Positions 9,928-19,618 of a stretch of DNA of 20,000 nucleotides are shown in pieces. Positions within the stretch are counted from its first letter, which is position 1. Each line of letters opens with the position of its first letter. Source of the stretch: Catajapyx aquilonaris (taxonomy: Eukaryota); contig KZ538411.1 of NCBI GenBank assembly GCA_000934665.2, forward strand, positions 53,481-73,480, given 5' to 3'. The notes beneath the pieces were generated by a model. That model was not told the DNA's origin. It saw only the letters and a program-made list of their open reading frames with translations, and did no database searches. A program made the translations under genes and the position numbers.

Positions 9928-10416
9928 CCTCATTATCATCCATTCAGGTGCGCATCGCGGACCTGCCGCAGGTGGGCGCGACACGCCGTGGCTCTCCAGG
10001 TGCAAAATTTGCTTGGGAACCAGCGCCAACTGCAGAGGCGGTCTGGTACGAGTACGTCTCTCTACCTCAGGATCGTAGTCAGGATCGTAGTCAGGGTCGT
10101 ACTCATCAGCCTCGTACTCATCCTCGTACTCAACATCCTCGTACTCAGGACCGTACTCATCCTCGTACCCATCCTCGTATTCAGGATCGTCGTCAGGATC
10201 GTTGTCAGGATCATAGTTAGGATCGTAGTAAGGGTCATCCTCAGGATTGTACTCAGGCTGATCTTCCTCACACGACTCTTCCTGTTGCGAACTTTCTCCT
10301 TCGGATGGTTCATGTTCGCGAATGCTTTGGGCGTTTTTGAGCCATATTTGGGCCCTTTCAGACTCACCGCGATTTTGGCCATCTGATTTGCCAGAAATGG
10401 GGCTATAGTAATCCAT
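9928..10416 (-). CDS. Putative upstream coding exon of IFT70/TTC30 encoding an acidic Tyr/Asp/Glu/Pro repeat domain (163 codons)
   Basis: ATG at 10416 with an open frame to the donor AGG|GTAAGC at 9927 (phase 0). It splices in frame to acceptor ttttctag|AGA at 9655, then 27 stop-free codons lead into the conserved ATG at 9574. Confidence 0.5.
10067..10264 (-). repeat. Tandem 12-nt repeat array (~16 units, two of 15 nt) encoding YDPD/YEDE-type tetrapeptides
   Basis: Plus-strand units tcaggatcgtag and tcatcctcgtac plus variants, read directly. Confidence 0.9.
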
Positions 10417-10499
10417 CGTGAATGACTTCGAGTGCACTTTAAACGCGCTCCTGTATGATCTGGAACATTCCTCCTCAGCCGGCTTCAGAACACGGAAGA

Positions 10500-11301
10500 C
10501 TGAACCACGCCAGCCGCCGGCCTGACGAGTGACGACGGAAACAATGACTTAACTAGCCAAATCACATCTCTTCATTTCGTATTTAACGAAACTGTCCACT
10601 GCATGTAAGGGACTAGAAACTGACTTCAAAAATTCAAATTCAATTTTTAATGTAATAATACCAATGAACAACTTAATGCTTAATTTCTGCATCTTCATTC
10701 TCTTTTGCAGCAAGTTGGCATAGTAGCGCCAAAACTGCATCACTTGTTTTGCCTATTCCGCCGTGAGTGTCACTACGTGACTGCCAATGATGAGACTGTA
10801 GTGGCACCCAACGGCTGTTCTAAGAACTCCTTGTGTGAGTAGAGATGGTTCATGGTTGGCTGGATTGGCTGTGCGGAACGGAGGTGGAGAAAGTGACTTG
10901 CCGAAGTAGCTGTGTTGTCGAACACCAGCGGTTAGTGGCGAGTTGTGACTGGTTTACGGGTGATATCTGACGTAGAGAGTGACCAGAAGAGAGGCGAAAT
11001 GTGACGTGCGCTGTTGATTCGTGTTGGCGATTTCGAGGGGTCTCTTCCCTCTCATATCGAAACGCCCCAAATGCCTGGCAGATAGACAATAGAAGAACAT
11101 CAGCAACAGCTGTCCTTTATTGCTCCATCCCTCTTAGCCCTATCTCATCGGTTCCTGTCTTTCCTCTCAACCTGCTCCATCAGCTGAGGGAAAAGGGTGT
11201 TGCTTGTTCTTTTCACTGCAGGCCTGCGATCCTTCCTCAAGAGTGCAGCAGAAACTGGGTTTTTTGTGCTCTTAGTTACTGGGTTGTGGAAGGAATAAGA
11301 A
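10500..11301. promoter_or_regulatory. Probable bidirectional promoter/5'UTR region between IFT70 (minus) and the KCTD3/SHKBP1-like gene (plus)
   Basis: Divergent gene orientation and a CpG-rich stretch. CCAAT at 10784, ATTGG at 10864, TGACGT at 10968 and 11002, and an Inr-like TCAGTC on the minus strand at 10503-10498. The motifs are short and individually weak. Confidence 0.5.
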
Positions 11302-11360
11302 ATGGCATCAAACACGGCAGCTGCGGGTGACTTGGTGCACCTCAATGTTGGAGGGACCAG
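11302..11360 (+). CDS. KCTD3: KCTD3/SHKBP1-family BTB/POZ protein, coding exon 1 (MASNTAAAGDLVHLNVGGTR)
   Basis: VxLNVGG start of a T1-type BTB domain. Donor AG|gtaata at 11361, phase 2, joins exon 2 in frame. Confidence 0.88.
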
Positions 11361-13306
11361 GTAATATTGCTTTCTTTTTTGCTTCATGCCTGCTTCTATA
11401 AACCTCAGGACTATAGTTCTGTTTTTTCCCAATGTATGTCACAATAGTGGCAGATGCTACAGAGTCCATGGAGAATGAACCACCATGTTAGGTTTAGTAG
11501 CGTATGGGCTGTCTCCTCCAGTGGAATTTGGTCCTTACCATCGTAGGGTAACCATTATTGCCAATCACAAAAGATTGTTGTACAGTAACTTCTCATTTGA
11601 AGTGACACATTTTTACGGCGATCTTGAGCAGACAGCCCATATGTTGATTTATAAATTAACTTGTATGTATATGGGAAATACCAATGTGGACCAAGTGTCC
11701 TAGAAAAGAGGATATTAGCCCCCCAGCGTGACTATCCAGTTGTGGTCTGTCTACCAACATGGTGCCCATTTAGCATGTAGGGAACTTAGTGATATAAGAC
11801 GCCAAGGGTCATGTTCAGAAACGGGGCACTAGTCCATTCTAGGTCTGGTACTTGGGTAGATTAAGCTAGTCCTAGGCTAGAGTGGACGAAGAGTGTCAGT
11901 CACAATTGATCAACTCACCCCAAGGTTAGTCTCAACTAGTGTCAGGCACATGACAACATTGCAAGTACCAACTGGAAAAATTGTAAGCATTGTGAATAAT
12001 AGTGTCATACTCAATAATTAAAACTGTTGCTAGAATTAGAATATAATGTGATGCGCACTGGAAGTCTTTGTGAGACTGATTGGCTGCAGAAGGCACACTG
12101 AGTGATGGCACTAGTTTAAGTGCCCTAGCCCAACCAAAATTCTCCCCTTTTTTAGTCACTTTGCGTAGTTACCCTGGGAATTAACCCTATTCCATATATT
12201 TCTGAATTAGGGTTGTTTTTTTTTTAAACCTAGTCACTTTCACCTGACTGAAAGTTAGACTCTGCCAGTAGAATGTTTCTGACTATGACCCCATCTGACC
12301 CCCCAAGCAAAAACCCAGTATGTGTGGTTTTTATCATTTTGAGATAAGTGCATTTGAAGTTTTCACTTTCCATTGAAAAGGATATACATACATGGTTTTA
12401 CTAGGCCCATAACTTTGCAACGGAGACTCATAGAGAAACGAGGTTTGTACCGTTACGTAGGCCACATAAAGGGGATTGCAGTGGTATGCTTATCTGAACA
12501 TACATTGTTTTTGCTTGGGGCATCAGCCATGCCTCCTGCAGCAGCAACTGGAAATATAAATTTTCTGAAACAGGCCTTGCCTCTTGATGTGCAGGTCAGC
12601 AGGGTTGTTCAAGGGTTTTCCAGCATTTAGATTTGTGGTTATAAGTGAATTAAGTATGTCCTTAAAAGTGGGATTACAAAAATTTCTTTGGGAGGCTGCA
12701 ACATTAGTTCATGCATATTGTTGATAGATTGTCAAGCATGGTAAGATTTCCACCAGTCTTGACAAGCCTAGCACATATGGGCAAGCTCTTTTCCTATCTT
12801 TTGCTCCTAAGATACTCCACACAGGGCTGGTAATAGTGACCAAGGTGCCACTGCTGCTTTTAAATGTTGTGGTGTCTCATTGTGGTTTCATGCAACAAAT
12901 ACCAAAAATTAACCCCTACCACTGTCCTATCAAGATAAATAATCCCCTGATTAATTTTCTCTACATCATATTGGGACATCCTCTTTCTGTCTTGAAAAAA
13001 GTCAGGCATGTGAAGGCCAGTCAATATAACTTCCCGCATGGGAGTAAGGGAAAAACCAAAGGTTGGCAGGCATCCCTTGTGGGGGACCATGTGTTTGGTA
13101 GGATTGTTTTGGATTCTTGGTGTAGTAACTTTCAAGGGGAAGGTTTGGTTTAGTTTATTGGTAGAGCCAAGGAAACTGAGGCTGTGAAGCGTAGGGAAGG
13201 GTGCAAGGGGAAGAATGGTTTTTGGACAATAGGAAGATATGGGAGAACTCAGAGAAGGGGTTTGCAAAATGAGCTGATAATGAATGAGGAGGAGAAGGGT
13301 TGACTA

Positions 13307-14322
13307 CTATCCGTTTATTTAATATAGAGTCCTGTGTTTGACTCTAAATAACTCCCAGGCAAATTATTTAAAAAAATAAAGTTATATATATCGTTCAAAA
13401 GCTAGTTTAAATCTACGTTACATATATGCGAGTTGTTTTCCTATCGTCAGTCTCTAATTTTTTATCGTAAAACGAAGGCGGAAAAGTGTCATTTTTTGAC
13501 TAGTTGCCGACGTTGCACCGCAAAGTGAATTTTTTATGACACTTTCAGGAGACCAAAAAAATCCCCCTGTGAATCCTGGATAGTGCCCATCTTTGTCTAT
13601 CTAATGATATATTTGAAACATTGAGATCGCCATTTCTGTAATCATAATTAAGTTAATTGCACACCTCTGTTATCTCAGCCGTTTATAATCCGAATTACTT
13701 CGCGAATGTATCGACGGCAAGCCAGAAATGTGCGTGATAAGATTACACCGTACTCTATTACACTAAAAAATTTAAACGTATTTAAAAGTATCGCCGTCTA
13801 TTCCCGCCAGAAAGCGGGCTGGGTCCTTTTTTATTAAACCTACTAAAACAATACTTTAAAATTTTTTAGTGTAATAGAGCACAATATAATCTTATCACGT
13901 ACATTTCGGGCTTGCCGTCGATACATTCACGAAGTAATTCGGATTATAAATGGCCGAGATAACAGAGGTGTGCAATTAACTTAATTATGATTACAGAAAT
14001 GGCGATCTCAATGTTTCAAATATATCATTAGATAGACAAAGATGTGCACTATCCAGGGTTCATAGGGGGATTTTTTGGCCTCCTGAAAGTGTCATAAAAA
14101 ATTCACTTTGCGGTGCAACGTCGGCAACTAGTCAAAAAATGACACTTTTCCGCCTTCTTTTTACGATAAAAAATTAGAGACTGATGATAGGAAAACAACT
14201 CGCTTATATGTAACGTAGATTTAAACTAGCTTTTGAACGATATGTAACTTTATTTTTTTAAATAATTTGCCTGGGAGTTATTTAGAGTCAAACACAGGGC
14301 TCTATATTAAATAAACGGATAG
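13307..14322. mobile_element. TA-flanked fold-back MITE (1016 bp) with ~475-bp near-identical arms; probably Tc1/mariner superfamily
   Basis: 13307-~13782 is the near-perfect reverse complement of ~13850-14322. Termini CTATCCGTTTATTTAATATAGAG; TA at 13305-13306 and 14323-14324. Confidence 0.9.
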
Positions 14323-14406
14323 TAGGTGACAGTCTTGTTAGAGGCTGATAATTATCATCAAATACGTAATTGTAATTTTATAATGAATATGTGGTCAATG
14401 TTGCAG

Positions 14407-14720
14407 GTTTTCTACTTCTCGTCAGACCTTAACATGGATCCCAGACTCATTCTTCACGTCTCTGCTAAGTGGACGCATAGCTAGCCTGAAAGATGAGACA
14501 GGGGCTATCTTCATAGATAGAGACCCAGCTCTCTTTGCAACCATCCTTAATTATCTCCGAACAAGAGATGTTGACCTGAGGCATGCAGACGTGCAGGCTT
14601 TGAGGCATGAAGCTGAGTTCTATGGGATAGTCCCACTTGTCAAGCGGCTTGTGTTGTGCGAGGATCTCAACCACTCTTCTTGTGGCGATGTGCTGTTCTA
14701 TGGATACCTCCAGCCTCCAA
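14407..14720 (+). CDS. KCTD3: KCTD3/SHKBP1-family protein, coding exon 2 ([40 protein letters not shown]...[39 protein letters not shown])
   Basis: Diagnostic KCTD3/SHKBP1 BTB sequence. Acceptor ttgcag at 14406 and donor gtgaga at 14721. Later (WD40-like) exons were not found in the window. Confidence 0.95.
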
Positions 14721-14831
14721 GTGAGAATGCCTTTTTTTGTGAGAACTATAGATTGAGTGTATTTGAACTTGTGGTATGCATGCCAAAGGGGTCATAGGGT
14801 GCCAAGTGGTATGCAGGTACTATGCTTATTA

Positions 14832-15392
14832 CCGTATTACCTCTCAAGAAGCGGCATGCCAGTATAAAACGGGGTTGACCAGCATGCCGGTATAACCCGG
14901 GGGTGGCTGGCATGCCACAATAACAGGTAGATTTCTGTAATTTTGATCCTTGCCCATTTTTTTGGAATGCTTCTGGTACTGTACTAAAATAATGTTATAA
15001 TGAAGGCCGAGTGTACATGATATGAGAATATGCAAGTTCTGTTGCACAGTGCATATAAAAAATGTAGAGTTGTGACCAATCCCATCATCAGCCTGCTTTG
15101 ACAGGGTATCCCCTGGCTTCAACATACTGTTTAAATATATATTATTGCCAGACACTGCAATTGAAAACAATATATGGTACAGGTACTCTATTCGAAAAAT
15201 GTGCCTTTTCAATAGCTTTTTCGTGAATGTCGAATTTCAGGAAAATGTCAAGTTCGGAAAGGATAATGTAACTTAATATATGTGAAAACCTCGCCTTATA
15301 CCGCCATGCCAGTATAGCCACCAGATCATGCATTTCTAAACACATGTCGACCTCGATTACACTGGCATGCCACTTTATGAGAGGTAATATGG
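14832..15392. mobile_element. pogo/Tc2-like MITE (561 bp) with CCGTA termini and TA TSD
   Basis: The left end CCGTATTACCTCTCAAGAAGCGGCATGCCAGT matches the reverse complement of the right end (CCATATTACCTCTCATAAAGTGGCATGCCAGT). Repeated GCATGCC subterminal motifs; TA on both sides. Confidence 0.8.
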
Positions 15393-15924
15393 TAAAAAGA
15401 TATGACCATATGTATCACATGAGCAAGAACTTTTTGACCAGTATACTACCTCTCTTTTACCACATATTACCTTGTGTGTGCAAGGTATTCAGTGTCAGAT
15501 TAGCTTTCACATTTTTAAAATCTCAAAATGTGTAAAGATGGAAGTTCCATTTGAGGATGCTTGTAAATTCTAACCAACCTCTGATCTACCTGGAGAGCTT
15601 AAAATTGGCAGACTGAAAGGTGTAGTGGTGGGACACTCTAGAAAATCCCAAAATCTAGAATGTTTGTGTACAGGACCAGTATGCGCCCAGTTTTAACCCA
15701 AAACTGACAGTTCCCATAGTGTGACTAGAATGGCACAGATTGTCTGATTGAAGACTGTCCATTTTTCACTCTGCTCTGCTTAGGAACTAGATCCGCCTGA
15801 GACCTGAGAAGAATTTTTATTGTAATGTCAGTTCCTGTTGCATTTTCTGAACATTTCCCAATAAGAAACTGAAAAAAAAAAAAAACAGTTTTAAAATATT
15901 GACAAAAATAGTGACCAATTAGAA

Positions 15925-16316
15925 CAATGGTTCCCAACCTTTTCGTCAGGACGCCCCCCTTTTCGTTTTCACCAAACACTCACCCCCCCCCCCCNNCCCC
16001 CCCCCCCCAATAAATTTCAGCAAGAGTTTATTGAAAGAAAATGGTATAACTGAGGAATGAAAACCTGTTGAAATAGGGGCAACAACAGAAGGACCAATAA
16101 GCCCACCGCCGGCAATTTTTTTGGGGGGTTCAAGGTCACAGTTTAGGTGAATGTAGCTGACAAAGTACAGTGGAATCTTCCTACACCGTAAGCACATCGG
16201 ATACAAGCAAGGAGAAAAGTCGGTCCCTTCATATTTCCAGCAGCGCCAAGCGGAAACATGTTATATTATTTTACGCATTTCTCATGGCCTCACGCCCCCC
16301 AGGTTGGGAACCACTG
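15925..16316. mobile_element. hAT Charlie-type MITE (392 bp)
   Basis: TIRs CAATGGTTCCCAACCT and AGGTTGGGAACCACTG. 8-bp TSD AATTAGAA/AATGAGAA (7/8 match). Confidence 0.85.
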
Positions 16317-16640
16317 AATGAGAACATTAGGACCCAATTGCTGCTACAAAAGCAGAACGGATGAAAGGTGAAAATTTAAATACCACTGAATGGATCACAA
16401 ATAGTGCTCTATCCTCAAAACAATGTTTTTAAAATTAATTTGTGGAATTTGTGGTAGCAATTCATCTCAGAAGACAATTAAAGATGTATGAAATTATTTT
16501 TGAATACCACCACTCCAGGCATGGGGCTTGCTCCTTCCCTTCTTACCCCCTAGCATGGTACCTCGCTATGCTAGATTTTAAAACTGAACTGTATAATGCA
16601 AAGCACACTTCCTTATGGGAGTATAGGTACAGGCACTTAA

Positions 16641-17509
16641 CCCAGATATGCTGAGTGTCCCCTATAGGAGACACCTGCACAGTTGTTACATTTTAATTTT
16701 TTTGCGCAGGTTCTTCTGCTGCTAAAGAGCTGGCAGTCGTCAAGTCTGCTTCAGTAGAGTCCCAGCTAATACAAGTTCAAACCTGCGCAATTTTGCTTCA
16801 GATTTTTAAGATACAGGTGTTTGAATTTTAACGCAGGGAATAATGGCTGCACCTCCACGTTCCGATGACGATTAGTAATTAATTCTCGAATGTTGATTAG
16901 CATTATGAGTTATTTTTTGTTTGTAATACTTAGAAAACTTATGAATGATGATGTCGATTTGGAAATATAGGCATATTTTTTACTTGTCTGAGAGTAGTGT
17001 TGAAATCGAGTGTCCCTTCTGGGGAACGCAAGAGGCAAATGCACCCACATTTGGACAAGTAAAGTATGTGTGTGGATTTTGTATGCTTTGTTGAACTGTA
17101 TTTTAATGAATCCATATAATTAAAACGAGATTACATATCAATTGGTTAACATGGTAACCATTGCAACAACCCTTGATTGTTGTTGATTGTTACTCAATCA
17201 CAACCCCTTCTTTGCACAGCCTGTTTCCGTGGTACAATGCAATTGACAACAATCAATCATTGGTGATATTATGAAACTATGGATGTTGCTGAATGTCACT
17301 GTTTCCATAGTAATGTAATCAACAACTGTTATAGACATACTAGGTTACATTCTCCTAGCTCATAATTATAGGGAACTACCAGTTTCTCGTAAACAAGAAT
17401 TCAGAAAAATGTTTTATCTCGATTTTTGTGTTTTGGGAACTAACATGAACTAATAGACACAAAAAAAAACTTCACAAATTCAACAAAAACTTTTCCAAGC
17501 ATATCTGGG
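16641..17509. mobile_element. piggyBac-type non-autonomous element (869 bp)
   Basis: TTAA-CCCAGATATGCT ... AGCATATCTGGG-TTTAA. Subterminal palindrome GTGTCCCCTATAGGAGACAC at 16655-16674, with a related copy near 17010. Confidence 0.7.
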
Positions 17510-18341
17510 TTTAAAAAAAGCCACAGCCCATTCAGCTAAAAATAATAATTTCGGATGTCCATTTAAATGGGCATTTGGTCTCAGGAAGAAAAGAAAATTA
17601 CCAGTTCTCTACAGCAACAAAGATTGTCACAGACACATCTTTTCGTATTTCCCAAGACACATTCTTTGAGAATCCCAGGACATTCACTGCATTGACGAAA
17701 ATGGCACTCTAAATATGAATTAAAAAATAAAACTTATCAGATGAGCGCCTAGCTTCAGCAGGGGAATCCGCCATTTTCATAAGTGATTAGGGGGCACGGC
17801 AGTGCCCCCGCCAAGTTCTCGCCGCACTGCCGGACCACCTTTACCCGACACAACTCGCGTCATTTTGACCCCCTCGAATTTTCGCACTGGTGAACATAGG
17901 TGGCTTCAAAAATTTTATTTGGGTAGATAAAAATCGATTAAAAATAATACCCCCTTACTTCCATGTTTATATCTCTTTTCATTTCCGACTTAAAAAATCC
18001 TAAAAACTCCCAAAACGGCCAAAATATGACACTCACTGACTGACTGACTGACTCACTGATCATCAAAATTACACGGAACTTCCAGTGGTCCTAGGATGCT
18101 GAAATTTGGTATGCTGGTAGAGCTTGTCAAACAAACACCAGAATAAATCTGAAAACGGCACTTTTTTGAGTCAAAATCTTAAAAAAAAATATTTTCACGA
18201 AGTCTGCTGCTGCTGACCAGATGCGGCATTTTTACCATGGATTACTTTTTACTTTGAATTTCCAGTTATGCCTGTGCTCCTCCTGCCTTCCCCACGTTCT
18301 CATCTCCTCACCCCCTCCCTTCCCCCCCCCCCCCCCCCCCC

Positions 18342-18541
18342 NNNNNNNNNNNNNNNNNNNNNNNNNNNNNNNNNNNNNNNNNNNNNNNNNNNNNNNNNNN
18401 NNNNNNNNNNNNNNNNNNNNNNNNNNNNNNNNNNNNNNNNNNNNNNNNNNNNNNNNNNNNNNNNNNNNNNNNNNNNNNNNNNNNNNNNNNNNNNNNNNNN
18501 NNNNNNNNNNNNNNNNNNNNNNNNNNNNNNNNNNNNNNNNN
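18342..18541. other. Assembly gap (200 N) flanked by poly-C
   Basis: Read directly from the sequence. Confidence 0.99.
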
Positions 18542-18684
18542 CCCCCCCGAACTGAATTCCTGGCTACGTCTCTGCTGCTAGCTATCTGAAGCTGCGATTG
18601 CATGTCATACAAATACAAATATTTCATACAAATACAACAACAAATTCCTAAATACCTAAAATACAAAATTATACAAATTATACA

Positions 18685-19094
18685 AAATTCGAGGTCATCA
18701 ACAGCCTATGTGTACAGGGAACAATTCCCAATTTGTGTGGCGTATGCCATTACCATGCAGAGGACTGAGCCAAGGCCTGAATCTCACTAATGCACTCATC
18801 GATATGGGTTCCTCTGTCTTCTCGTGCGGTCAAGCCTACGTGGCTCTTTCCAGAGTTAAAAGTATCAATGGAGTGCATCTCATCAATGCCTCCTTTACTA
18901 ACATCAAGGCTCAAGAGTCAGCTATTCTGGAGTACGATAGATTGAGATCTATTTACCGATCAGACTTATCCATACTCAAAAGGGCTAATAAGGCATCGAC
19001 AGAAGTGGCTGAGGATCGCGAATGGGCTATGCGATCAGGTGTAGCAGATGTCCAATTCGCACAACCAGAACAGAAAAAAGGATGCTTAATATGA
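18685..19094 (+). pseudogene. PIF1-family (Helitron RepHel) helicase C-terminal remnant, frameshifted
   Basis: AYVYREQFPICVAYAIT(fs)SQGLNLTNALIDMGSSVFSCGQAYVALSRVKSINGVHL corresponds to PIF1 helicase motifs V-VI, split across frames. Confidence 0.85.
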
Positions 19095-19463
19095 GAAAGC
19101 AGAAGAAAATCATACTTATTCAGAGGCAAAGATAGAGTTTTATATACTTTCGTATATCACCTACACATTTTGCTCTAAGTTATTCATTACCTTATTTGGA
19201 ATATTTAACGGATTGCTTCCACGCCCAACCGTAGGGGCCCCCCCGAGCTATCTTATAATTATCCTACACTTCTGCCTACAAAAAGAGGTGAGATCCCACC
19301 AAAAACATTTCTGTAAAAAAAAGGCGAAGTTCTCCTGACTGCTTGGCCGTAAAAAGTGGTGAGATTTGAAATACAGCCAAGTTCAACGTCGTTGTCAATT
19401 ACTGGCATTCTCAACTTCTTCAACCTAAACCACTAACTTTGTTTTTCCAGGTTGACCTTAAGT

Positions 19464-19618
19464 TTAATCATCAAAACATTTTAATGGAGTTTCTCCTGAT
19501 GTCACTTGGCCATTGCTCATGTCCGAGGTATTGTTGAATTCTACAACTCTTTCAATGTTTTAAGAGCAATGGCCAAGTGACATCAGGAGAAACTCCATTA
19601 AAATGTTTTGATGATTAA
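19464..19618. repeat. Perfect 55-bp inverted repeat with a 45-bp spacer; probable centre of a TA-flanked fold-back MITE starting at ~19267
   Basis: 19464-19518 is the reverse complement of 19564-19618. Symmetry stops exactly at the TTAA where the next element starts. Confidence 0.85.

Larger units (their letters stand above)
17787..19250 (+). mobile_element. Helitron/Helentron-like non-autonomous element (boundaries approximate; spans an assembly gap)
   Basis: 5' hairpin GGGGGCAC-ggca-GTGCCCCC (17790-17809). An (ACTG)n tract at 18031-18059 is followed by CTGAAATTTGG. PIF1 helicase remnant inside and a GC-rich palindrome GGGGCCCC at 19234-19241. Confidence 0.6.

Noticed and set aside
10067..10264. 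CRISPR-like array
   Set aside because: Direct tandem 12-nt units with no unique spacers, in a spliceosomal-intron eukaryotic context with no cas genes.
9948..10386. Overlapping ORFs 9948-10220(+), 9988-10386(+) and 10062-10382(-)
   Set aside because: They are open because the 12-nt repeat lacks stops in several frames. Only the acidic minus frame links in phase to splice sites and shows synonymous variation.
12836..13267. 105-aa and 135-aa intronic ORFs
   Set aside because: No recognisable domain, splice context or element boundaries.
16710..16830. Candidate exon 3 of the KCTD3/SHKBP1-like gene after a good-looking acceptor (ttttttgcgcag)
   Set aside because: It lies within a piggyBac-type element and an internal inverted repeat (TGCGCAGGTT/AACCTGCGCA), with no recognisable family similarity.
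18221..18666. ORFs spanning the N run
   Set aside because: Artefacts of the assembly gap.
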